This document shows positions 15,233 to 24,136 of a stretch of 64,000 bases of DNA, piece by piece (position 1 is the first letter of the stretch; the number at the start of each line of letters is the position of its first letter). Below the pieces are notes generated by a model. It made no database searches. It was given only the letters and a program-made list of their open reading frames with translations, and was not told the origin of the DNA. The stretch is taken from positions 128,001-192,000 of the forward strand of contig JANJUP010000022.1 of assembly GCA_024710525.1 (NCBI GenBank). The letters run 5' to 3'. This stretch comes from Candidatus Rifleibacteriota bacterium. Its GTDB lineage: Bacteria > Muiribacteriota > Ozemobacteria > Ozemobacterales > Ozemobacteraceae. The position numbers and the translations under genes were made by a program.

Positions 15233-18193
15233 ATGAGCGGTACCACGACAAAATTGCCAATCAGCAAGCGGTGGCCTCTGGCCTTCTGGTTTGGTGCCGC
15301 CTTCTGTTTTTTCATTTTTCCGGTCTTTCTGCTCGATGTTGGCCTCGAAAATATGCTGACAACTCGAAGTGAAGTGCATCGGCAGACCGTATACCGCGAA
15401 CTTGGCACAAGACTCGAGCGACTGCTGCAGTATTCCAACGCTCGCCATTATTACAGCGCTCTATTGAAGAGAATTTTCGAATTCGCCGCTCGTCAGGCCG
15501 ACCCGATAAAATATCTCAGAATCGCTTTGCCGCACCTGAAGGCTCGCAATCCCGATGTGTTCAGATTTATCATCTGGGATCACAAGGGCAACAGCATCGA
15601 AGATCTCAGCGACGAAAAAGGCTTCAGATATATTGTCAAAACAATTTTTGAGGTTCTGAGAGAGGTTAATCGCGATGTTGTCAAAAACTACCCGGGCGAA
15701 CCGCAGAATCTGAGTCTGGTCGAAAGGCGTCTGAATCTTCTGCGTTCGTATCTTGGCGCCTTTCTGATTCCTGACAAACTCAACCTGCCAATGCTGCGAG
15801 GCAGTCTCAGCGAGTGTATTCTCGCGAGCGGCGACCCGGAAAAGTCATATTTCTGGTATCAGGTCGATGACCGTTTCACCATGATGGCAACCCTGAACGG
15901 CAAGGCGATTGAATCTGACGAGTATCTCAAAAAGCTTGTCGATGCAATGAACAATGCGCCTGGCGCAAGAGTTGGCATTGTCGATCTGCTACGTGACGGG
16001 GCCATGCATACCTCTGTCTCAGATGAACTTAAGCCTGAGCTGCTGCTGGGACTGGCGAAGTTCGAAAATTTTACCCAGCAGCAGCTTGAAACCGATAATC
16101 TGCTGCTGCTGGTAAAGATTCTCAACCCCTTTGTGCGCAGCGTTGCCTTTGTTGAGAAAAGCAAGGTTCTTTTTGATGCTGCCGCAGTTCATCGGCGTAT
16201 TCTTGCGGTTTCGGCTCTGGCGATTCTTTTGTTTTCTGCCCTGACAGGTTATCTTATTTTCAGAGAAAACCGCGTTTTTTCGATTCGCTGGAAGCTCGGC
16301 CTGCTGTTTCTCTATGCCAATGGCCTGCCACTGCTGATTCTCGGTTTTATCGGCTATGAATATCTGCAACAGACGCGCGGCCTGCTGCTTGATCGTGCCT
16401 TTGATCAGGTTTCCGGGCTTATTGCTGACTTCGATACCCGCTTCGAAACCATCAAAACAGAAACCGCCGATTATCTGAACCAGCATATAGACGCCGTCAA
16501 TAAAGAGTTCGGCGGCACAATGGTTTCACAGAAAAGCCTCGACGAGCTGCTGAAAAAAGTGAACCGGCTCAAACCATTCGATTTTGTAGTCGCCGACCGC
16601 AATGGCAAACTGCACAAAGCAAAGGTGCCCGGCAGAAAAGCCAATGTTTTCTTCGCTTCGATGAGCAAGACCATGCTCAATTATTTCAATTTCAACGAGT
16701 ACACGCCGCAGCACCTCTTCAAAGAAGATGAAGCTACCAGTGGTGCCCGCGGCTCAATCAAGGCCGAAAAGTTTCTGTCGGGCAAAACTATTATTTTTCA
16801 CCGCATACTTCAACGGATTGGCAAGGTTCACCCCGAGCAGATGGCCCAGGACACCAGACAATATTACTGGAACGCCCTGGGAGATTTTGACAACCGGGTG
16901 TTCAACCTGCTCGTCGGCATCACATGGGACTTTTTTACCATGCAGGAATCCTATGTCAGCAAAAGCATCGACAGCCTCAATCAAAATACCGACGAAATCA
17001 GCTTTTACGGAATTGTAGAAGCCAACGGGGTAACCTACCCCTCGGCAAAGAATCTCAGCCGGGAGATTTTTGGTCTTTTCCGCCAGACGTTCAGTCTGCG
17101 CACGCTTTATGTTAACGAAGTCGTCATAGAAGGCCGGCAATACGCTGCTTATGGCACTATTGGCCGTGAACTCGACCAGGTTGCCATGGTCGGTCTGTAT
17201 CCGCTGGATCGCATAAACAGCCAGATTGGCAGCCTGCAATGGCGCCTGATCATTTTTGCCCTGCTCAGCCTGAGCCTTACAACCGGGGTTGGCCTGATGC
17301 TTTCAGCCCAGTTCATGGAACCGGTAAGGGAACTTGAGCGCGGGGTGCAGGCTATCGGTCGTCAGGATTTTCGCTATCGTCTGCCGGTGAAGACCGCCGA
17401 TGAATTCGGGCGGTTGAGTGGCGTATTCAACAGCGCTATCGAGAGTCTCGAAGATCTTGAAGTGGCCAGAATCGTTCAGGAAAACCTGTTTCCCCAGGAA
17501 CCGCTGTCGCAAAACGGTCTGCGGGTATTTGGCTGCAGCGTCGCCATGACCCGGCTTGGCGGTGACTATTACGATTTTTTCACTCTCGACGACAGCAATG
17601 TAGGTATTCTTATGGGCGATGTTGCCGGTCACGGCGTGCCGGCAGCGCTTCTGATGGCCATGGCAAAGGCTTCGGTTCTGCTCAGCGATGAAGACCGGCG
17701 CCGGCCGGCGGCAATGCTTGCCTCACTGCACAAGGTTATTCACCGGGTTAAAAGCAGCAAAATCAAACGTATGATGACCTGCCAGTATTTTTCAATCAAT
17801 TCAAAAACAGGCTCATTCCTGGTTTCAAATGCCGGGCATTGTTTTCCGGCTTTAATCAGGCGAGGTGGCGAAGACATCGAATTGCTCAAACTCGTCGGAA
17901 CACCGCTGGGTATAACCAAAAAACCGAAATATGAAGACACGCCGGGGCAGCTAGAACCCGGTGATATCGTGCTTCTTTATACCGACGGCATCATCGAGTC
18001 GCATAATGCCGAGGGGGTTGAGATGGGCTTCGACCGCTTTGCTCAGATGTTGCAGCAGCAGTATGACCCCGATCTTGAAACTTACTATCAGAAGCTTTTT
18101 TCTGCTTATAAACACTGGTCTCCGGCTGCAGACGATGACATAACGATGATTCTGATCAAATTTTCAGAAATCACCGGGGAGGCTTCGGCGTGA
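15233..18193 (+). CDS. Membrane sensor HAMP-PP2C/SpoIIE phosphatase, subtype A (paralog A2)
   Basis: The six-frame ORF starts at 15197. The ATG at 15233 (MSGTTTKL...) follows RBS AAGGGA and gives a 986-aa product matching A1/A3 length. Subtype-A motifs: ...FRFIIWDHKGNSI..., ...NYPGEPQNLSLVERRLNLLRSYLG..., GDVAGHGVPAALLMAMAK, KRMMTCQY. Confidence 0.85.
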   Translation: MSGTTTKLPISKRWPLAFWFGAAFCFFIFPVFLLDVGLENMLTTRSEVHRQTVYRELGTRLERLLQYSNARHYYSALLKRIFEFAARQADPIKYLRIALPHLKARNPDVFRFIIWDHKGNSIEDLSDEKGFRYIVKTIFEVLREVNRDVVKNYPGEPQNLSLVERRLNLLRSYLGAFLIPDKLNLPMLRGSLSECILASGDPEKSYFWYQVDDRFTMMATLNGKAIESDEYLKKLVDAMNNAPGARVGIVDLLRDGAMHTSVSDELKPELLLGLAKFENFTQQQLETDNLLLLVKILNPFVRSVAFVEKSKVLFDAAAVHRRILAVSALAILLFSALTGYLIFRENRVFSIRWKLGLLFLYANGLPLLILGFIGYEYLQQTRGLLLDRAFDQVSGLIADFDTRFETIKTETADYLNQHIDAVNKEFGGTMVSQKSLDELLKKVNRLKPFDFVVADRNGKLHKAKVPGRKANVFFASMSKTMLNYFNFNEYTPQHLFKEDEATSGARGSIKAEKFLSGKTIIFHRILQRIGKVHPEQMAQDTRQYYWNALGDFDNRVFNLLVGITWDFFTMQESYVSKSIDSLNQNTDEISFYGIVEANGVTYPSAKNLSREIFGLFRQTFSLRTLYVNEVVIEGRQYAAYGTIGRELDQVAMVGLYPLDRINSQIGSLQWRLIIFALLSLSLTTGVGLMLSAQFMEPVRELERGVQAIGRQDFRYRLPVKTADEFGRLSGVFNSAIESLEDLEVARIVQENLFPQEPLSQNGLRVFGCSVAMTRLGGDYYDFFTLDDSNVGILMGDVAGHGVPAALLMAMAKASVLLSDEDRRRPAAMLASLHKVIHRVKSSKIKRMMTCQYFSINSKTGSFLVSNAGHCFPALIRRGGEDIELLKLVGTPLGITKKPKYEDTPGQLEPGDIVLLYTDGIIESHNAEGVEMGFDRFAQMLQQQYDPDLETYYQKLFSAYKHWSPAADDDITMILIKFSEITGEASA

Positions 18194-21100
18194 CAAAATC
18201 CCGAAAAATCACCGGCTGGCTTGCATTCATATCCTGTTTTATCGGAATCCCGGGCTTTTTACTGCTGTTCGGCATGCTGTATCTGCAAAACCAGGACACT
18301 GAAAATCGCCTTGAAAGCCAACACCAGAAATTGCGTGATTTTTACCTTGAGTTGAGGAAATTTGCCGACCCGCAATATTACTGGTGTACTGCGTTGATGG
18401 AAAAGCTGGCTCCAGATTCTGTGGCCAGCGAAGCTTCGGCCATCAAAGAGCCAGGCGCTGTCGCCGAGGTTGTCATTGCCCGTCTGAAAGATTTGCGGCG
18501 CAATCTGAAGTTTAACTACGTTGTTTACACTCCGACGCGAGGGGTTTTGGCGTCTTCTTTTCCTCTTGAGCCTCTCGAAGTGTGGAAACCCGGATTAAGC
18601 TTCACCTGGAAAGTGATTCAGTCAGGCAGGTCACAGGTTTCACACGAAGAACAGGTCGCCGGGGGCAAAATTTTCGGCCCGCAGCTTTACTGGGGACATT
18701 TCGACAGTAATATTTCAATCGGCAGTCTCTATCTTATCTGGGGTGACAGCAGTTTCAAACGGCCGCTGGCATGGGGTCGAATCATTCACCGTCATCTGGT
18801 GCTGGCTTTTATAGATATTAAAGATCTCAAGGGAAATGATGGCATTCTGAATCTGTTGAACGAGTTCAGCCAGAACAGCGGTCATCTGTGGCGTTTTTCA
18901 CTTCAGGATGATGCGCATGGTTTCAGGCATGGAACGGGCGAGCGCAAAGTTGCCCGGCAGGTTGAAGCCGCTGCCGACGAATACGGCAAGCACAAGACCC
19001 AGAAGATCGAAACTGAAGACCTGATGGTCTACCCTTTCTTTCTCAGGCCGGGTATCAAGGTCTACGGTTTTATCGAAAAAAGCCGGTTTTCGAGCAGTCT
19101 GGTGCCTGGCTACGCATGGTCGGTGGTTTTCCTCTTCTTTGCCGTGGCTTATCTGCTGGCCGGCTATGCATGGGGACTTTTCTTCGGTGACCGGCCCGAT
19201 GACCTGTCGCTGCGCTGGAAACTGCGTTTTCTCTTTTTCTTCGCCAATGGTCTGCCGCTGCTGGTGCTATTTTTTATCGGTAATGACTATCTGGCACAGA
19301 AGCGCAGCAACCTGATGCTCGATGCACACAGCCGCGGCATCGGCTTCATTCAGGATTTTGACGAAAAAATCGAAGTCGAGTATGCCCGCCGTCTTGTCGG
19401 CAAGAAAAAAGCCCAGGAAAAAATGATCGAAAAGCTTACGCTTAACATGAATGATGACCAGGCGTTGCAGGAATTTGTCGACACACTCGGGTCAGACGGT
19501 ACCGAGAGATGGAAAATCGTCATGGTTGCAAGTCGCAGCAATACCATTGTCACCGAGAAGGGGGTCTATGACGAAAGCCGCAATCTCAGCCCGAAAGAAG
19601 ATGAGCAGAGGGCTGAGCGCAGTCGCAACCAGAACGAATTGACCCGCAAAATCGGGCAGTTTTTTCTTGATAAAATCAATGGTGTCGAGGTTTCAGAAAA
19701 GGTTCAGACCGAGCTTGAGCTGTTTATCGAGTCGACAACTCAGCAGCCGCTGGCCAATTTTCTCTTCGATCTGCTTCAGAAACGCGGATCGTTCATTCAG
19801 TGGGGTTTCGGGCAGAACGTCAACCCGGCCATTTTCGACACGTTTTCTCTCAAGAACAGCAGTTCTCAGGATCTCTTTTTTCTTTCGTCATTTGGTGTTC
19901 ACCTGTTTCAATATAATTATCTGCTGAAAGCTGTGCCACAGGCTAACCGCAACAATATCGGCCTGAAGCTGGTGGCTCTGATGAACCAGGAATACACCGT
20001 TCCGCGTGAGGCTTACAATAGCGCCGCTCTAAGGGAATTCGCCAACTCTCTCACTTCTTACCCTGGCAAAGAGATCAAGATCGTTGATTATCTTGGCGAA
20101 AAGCATCTGGCAATGGGTATAGCCGGCAGACATATCAAGGACTTCCGCCTGATCGGACTTTACCCGCTCGAAAAAATCGATAATCTCATCGATTCGCAGC
20201 GCCGACAGCTGCTGCTGTTCGCCTTGCTCAGCCTGTTCATGACCTGGGGCCTGTCACAGGTTCTGGCGCAAAGCTTCATTCTGCCCCTGCAGCAGATTAC
20301 GGCCGGCGCCCACGCAATCGAAAACAAGCACTTCAGTCATCGTTTGCCCGATCTGGGGCGTGACGAGTTCGGTGCCATGGGGCGGGTGTTCAACTCAGTC
20401 ATGGTCGACCTCGAAGAGCTTTCGGTCGCCAGCGCCATTCAGGAACAGCTGCTGCCACAGCAGCAGATCGAAACCGGCAATTTCAGTCTGTTTGGCAAAA
20501 GTGTTTCGATGGGCGAACTTGGCGGTGACTATTTCGACCACATCGAGCTTGCTGACGGAAAATTTTCGGTACTGCTCGGCGACGTGGCGGGGCATGGCGT
20601 CGGCGCCGCCCTGATCATGGCCATGGCAAAAGCAGGCATCATTCAGTCAGAACATCTTCTCGATCAGCCTCTGGCGCTTGTTGCCAGGCTGCATGGCCTG
20701 ATTTTTGCCTCCAAGACAAAAAAACAGAAGAAAGTCATGACTTTTCAGTATTTGTGCCTTGATGGCACTGCCGGGCGCGGCATCTACTCGAATGCCGGGG
20801 CCTGTTCGCCAATGATTGTCAGAAAAAATGCGGGGCAGGTCGAGGAGCTGACTCTGACCGGTGCGGCTCTCGGTGCCTTTAAAAAAGCGAATTATTCTGA
20901 AACCGAAGTGGTTTTTAACCCGGGTGATGCGATTGTATTCTATACCGACGGTATTGTCGAAGCGCGTAACCGCAACGGCGAAGAATTGGGCTACGATCGT
21001 CTGAAGCAGCTTCTGCTCGAAACCTGGAATATCGATGCCGAGGTTTTTTATCACAACGTTTTCAATGCCTATCTCAGGCATATCGGCGACGAAGGGGCCC

Positions 21101-21210
21101 AGGACGACCTGACAATGGTCATTCTGGTATTCGATCCGCAGAGAACCAGGGGAAGCACCCCACCCGCCGCCGCCAGCCCGTCCAGTCCCGAGGAGGCCGG
21201 CAATGGCTGA
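18190..21210 (+). CDS. Membrane sensor HAMP-PP2C/SpoIIE phosphatase, subtype B (paralog B2)
   Basis: 1006 aa. The GTG start overlaps the A2 stop (GTGA). Subtype-B motifs: ...LGRDEFGAMGRVFN..., GDVAGHGVGAALIMAMAK, KKVMTFQY. Confidence 0.85.
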   Translation: MTKSRKITGWLAFISCFIGIPGFLLLFGMLYLQNQDTENRLESQHQKLRDFYLELRKFADPQYYWCTALMEKLAPDSVASEASAIKEPGAVAEVVIARLKDLRRNLKFNYVVYTPTRGVLASSFPLEPLEVWKPGLSFTWKVIQSGRSQVSHEEQVAGGKIFGPQLYWGHFDSNISIGSLYLIWGDSSFKRPLAWGRIIHRHLVLAFIDIKDLKGNDGILNLLNEFSQNSGHLWRFSLQDDAHGFRHGTGERKVARQVEAAADEYGKHKTQKIETEDLMVYPFFLRPGIKVYGFIEKSRFSSSLVPGYAWSVVFLFFAVAYLLAGYAWGLFFGDRPDDLSLRWKLRFLFFFANGLPLLVLFFIGNDYLAQKRSNLMLDAHSRGIGFIQDFDEKIEVEYARRLVGKKKAQEKMIEKLTLNMNDDQALQEFVDTLGSDGTERWKIVMVASRSNTIVTEKGVYDESRNLSPKEDEQRAERSRNQNELTRKIGQFFLDKINGVEVSEKVQTELELFIESTTQQPLANFLFDLLQKRGSFIQWGFGQNVNPAIFDTFSLKNSSSQDLFFLSSFGVHLFQYNYLLKAVPQANRNNIGLKLVALMNQEYTVPREAYNSAALREFANSLTSYPGKEIKIVDYLGEKHLAMGIAGRHIKDFRLIGLYPLEKIDNLIDSQRRQLLLFALLSLFMTWGLSQVLAQSFILPLQQITAGAHAIENKHFSHRLPDLGRDEFGAMGRVFNSVMVDLEELSVASAIQEQLLPQQQIETGNFSLFGKSVSMGELGGDYFDHIELADGKFSVLLGDVAGHGVGAALIMAMAKAGIIQSEHLLDQPLALVARLHGLIFASKTKKQKKVMTFQYLCLDGTAGRGIYSNAGACSPMIVRKNAGQVEELTLTGAALGAFKKANYSETEVVFNPGDAIVFYTDGIVEARNRNGEELGYDRLKQLLLETWNIDAEVFYHNVFNAYLRHIGDEGAQDDLTMVILVFDPQRTRGSTPPAAASPSSPEEAGNG

Positions 21211-24136
21211 GATGTCAGAAAACCGGCCAGCTGAAGCTTCGAATCTCCGCTCTCTGAAAAATGCGGTGTCGTTGCTGGTTCTGATCTTCTGTTTTCTGGC
21301 TTTTCCGCTTTTCATAATTTTTTCGGCACTGAACAATCTCTATCAGGTCAAGATTGGTAATTTGCGACAACAGAAGCTTGACCAGATGCACGGGCGCCTC
21401 GAATACCTCGAAAAATACAGCAATAATGGCAGATACTTGCATTTTCTGCTGCTGCGCCTGGCGGAGAACGCCGAAAAAGCAGTAGTTCCGGCGGATTTTC
21501 TCAAAGCGGCATTTGTAAATCTGCATCAGCGCTACCCCGGTGATTTCGAATTCATTGCCTGGGATGCAAAAGGCGTGGTGATCAGAGAGCTTACCGATCA
21601 GAAAGGTTTCAGCTACATTCTTGCACGCCTTTATGAGGTGCTGCGGGATGTTTCTGAAGCCGTCAGCAATGACAGCCAGGTTGACATCAGCAATATCAGG
21701 TCGGTAAGCAAGAATCTCAACCTGGTCAGGCAATTTCTTGGCAAGATTTTTATTCCTGAGTATCTTAAAAAGCCTTATCTGCAGGGCAATGATGCCGGTC
21801 CGTTGCTGACCGACTTTGCCGGCAGATTCTCTTCGGTGTGGTACCGGGTTGGCAATCGCATCAGCTTTTTCTGCTTTATCAGCGAAAAACTGATGAAAAA
21901 CAGTTCGGGGCTCTTGAAAATTGCTGATTCTCTCAATTCCCGCCAGGATGGCATCATATCTGGATTCAGCATCAGCCCTGACTTTTCGCTGCCGGCCAAT
22001 CAAGTTGACGAGCGATTTATGCCGGCGCTGAGCCTGGCCCTGTCACAGTTCGAAAATGTTTCTGAGCCTGTTTTCGAGAACGATCAGGCCCTTGTCTGCA
22101 TGAGCATGCCTGAGCCCGGACTAAGAACTTTTTGTCTGCACCCAAAAGAACCGGCGCAGTGGTCGGTTGAATTGAACCGTGACATGGTGTTTGTCAGAGT
22201 TTCGGTTCTGCTGTTCGCCTTCTATCTGTTTTTATATATTTATTTTCGTTTCAAGCAGCAGTTTTTCTCAATCAGCTGGAAACTCACCGGCCTGTTTCTT
22301 TTTGCCAATCTGGCTCCCCTAAGTATTCTTGGTTTTATTGCGCATGACTACCTGATCAATCGCAAGCAGGCGCTGCGTAACGAGATTGCCTCAGATCTCA
22401 GCAAGCTGATGCGTGATTTCGACATGCGTTATGCTTCTCTCAAATATGATTTTGCGCGCGAGATTACCAGCAAGATCGAAAAGGTTGCGGCGGCGGGTAT
22501 GAATGGCAGTTTGAGTTCAGCCGAAATTGCGGCCATTAAAGGGGCGATGCGCGAATTTGTACCGTCAGATGCATATATGATTGCCAGCGGTGGCATGGTG
22601 TTTGCCGACCATCTGGCAGGTGAAAAGGATAAGTCTGACTTTAACTTCATTGAACCGATGGGGCAGGCGATTCTTCAATTCTGTAATGGCACAATTCTGA
22701 AGCGAAACAAAGAAGATATGTTCAGTGCGATCATGTCGCCCGAAGATTCTGATTTTGTCAGAAAAATCTATCGTGACCAGCGCCAGGTAATTCCTCTCAA
22801 TATGGCGAACATAAAAAAACTCAGTTACTGGCATATCTTTGGCGATCGACGCAATTACCAGAACAATTATTTCCTGATTCTCTTCTGGGATGAAGACCGA
22901 TTTCAGGAGCTTTACATCAACCGTTATTTTGAAAGTCTGCAGGCAAATTCTTTCGGAGCCCCTCTTTTTGCCCGAAAAATCGATGGCAAAAAGACCTGGG
23001 CGCCAGCCGGAGCCTTTCCGGTCGAGCTGGCGCGGCAGATGGAAAGAACCACCGGTTTTCGCGAAAACCTTATCGGCAGCGTTATCATTGCCGATCAGCC
23101 ACACCTTTTCGTCGGGCTGAAGGGGCGAAGTCTTAATTTTAACCTGCTGGCGGCTCTTTATGCCGACAGCAGGCTCGATGCAAGAATTGCGGCTCTGCGG
23201 TTCCGAATCATGACAGGAGCTTTTCTCAGTCTGCTGTTGACACTGATTATCGGTCAGGCGCTGTCGCGGCAGTTTCTCACTCCGATCCGCAACCTCGCGC
23301 AGGCAACCCTGGCGATTGGTGCCCACAATTTTGCCCATCGCATTCCGGTTGTCGACGAAGATGAGTTCGGGCATCTGAACCAGGTTTTTAATCGGGTAAT
23401 CGAGGGACTTGGCGAGCTGGAAGTTGCCAAAATCGTTCAGGAAAGCCTTTTTCCGGGTAACAACTTTGCCGCCGGCCGATTTTCGATTTACGGGCGAAGT
23501 GTTGTAATGACGACACTCGGCGGCGATTATTACGACTGTCTGCAGATAAATAAAGACCATTGGGGTCTGGTTATCGGCGATGTCGCCGGTCACGGCGTTC
23601 CGGCCGGTCTGATGATGGCTATGGCCAAGGCAAGCGTTCTGATGGCGCCTGAAAATGAGAAAATGGATGCTGCCGTTCTTACCAGCAGGCTGCATCGCAT
23701 GTTTTTTGCGATCAAGAATGATCGGCTGAAACGCATGATGACGTTTCAATATTATGTTCTGCGTCCTGCTGACGGGCATTTTTCGTTTGCCAATGCCGGG
23801 CACTGTTTCCCGGTGGTAGTTAAGCCGGCAGAGAAGAGCGCTGAGCTGATAGAGCACATTGCCACCCCTCTCGGAATCGGGCCTAGAGCCAGGTATAAAA
23901 ACTTTGAGTTTACGATCGCGCCGGGTGAATCGCTGCTGCTCTATACCGACGGTATTGCCGAAGCCAAAAACAGCGAGGGCGAGGAGTTCGGTTATGAGCG
24001 TCTCAGACAGTTATGTCTCGACGCCTGGGACCGCGACCCGGAAACCTATTATCGCCGCATTTTTGCTGCTTATGAACAGTGGTCGGCCCGACCTGATGAC
24101 GATCTTACGATAATCGTGGTGAATCATGATGCCTGA
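21203..24136 (+). CDS. Membrane sensor HAMP-PP2C/SpoIIE phosphatase, subtype A (paralog A3)
   Basis: 977 aa. RBS GAGGAGG. The start overlaps the B2 stop by 8 nt. Subtype-A motifs: GDVAGHGVPAGLMMAMAK, KRMMTFQY. Confidence 0.85.
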   Translation: MAEMSENRPAEASNLRSLKNAVSLLVLIFCFLAFPLFIIFSALNNLYQVKIGNLRQQKLDQMHGRLEYLEKYSNNGRYLHFLLLRLAENAEKAVVPADFLKAAFVNLHQRYPGDFEFIAWDAKGVVIRELTDQKGFSYILARLYEVLRDVSEAVSNDSQVDISNIRSVSKNLNLVRQFLGKIFIPEYLKKPYLQGNDAGPLLTDFAGRFSSVWYRVGNRISFFCFISEKLMKNSSGLLKIADSLNSRQDGIISGFSISPDFSLPANQVDERFMPALSLALSQFENVSEPVFENDQALVCMSMPEPGLRTFCLHPKEPAQWSVELNRDMVFVRVSVLLFAFYLFLYIYFRFKQQFFSISWKLTGLFLFANLAPLSILGFIAHDYLINRKQALRNEIASDLSKLMRDFDMRYASLKYDFAREITSKIEKVAAAGMNGSLSSAEIAAIKGAMREFVPSDAYMIASGGMVFADHLAGEKDKSDFNFIEPMGQAILQFCNGTILKRNKEDMFSAIMSPEDSDFVRKIYRDQRQVIPLNMANIKKLSYWHIFGDRRNYQNNYFLILFWDEDRFQELYINRYFESLQANSFGAPLFARKIDGKKTWAPAGAFPVELARQMERTTGFRENLIGSVIIADQPHLFVGLKGRSLNFNLLAALYADSRLDARIAALRFRIMTGAFLSLLLTLIIGQALSRQFLTPIRNLAQATLAIGAHNFAHRIPVVDEDEFGHLNQVFNRVIEGLGELEVAKIVQESLFPGNNFAAGRFSIYGRSVVMTTLGGDYYDCLQINKDHWGLVIGDVAGHGVPAGLMMAMAKASVLMAPENEKMDAAVLTSRLHRMFFAIKNDRLKRMMTFQYYVLRPADGHFSFANAGHCFPVVVKPAEKSAELIEHIATPLGIGPRARYKNFEFTIAPGESLLLYTDGIAEAKNSEGEEFGYERLRQLCLDAWDRDPETYYRRIFAAYEQWSARPDDDLTIIVVNHDA

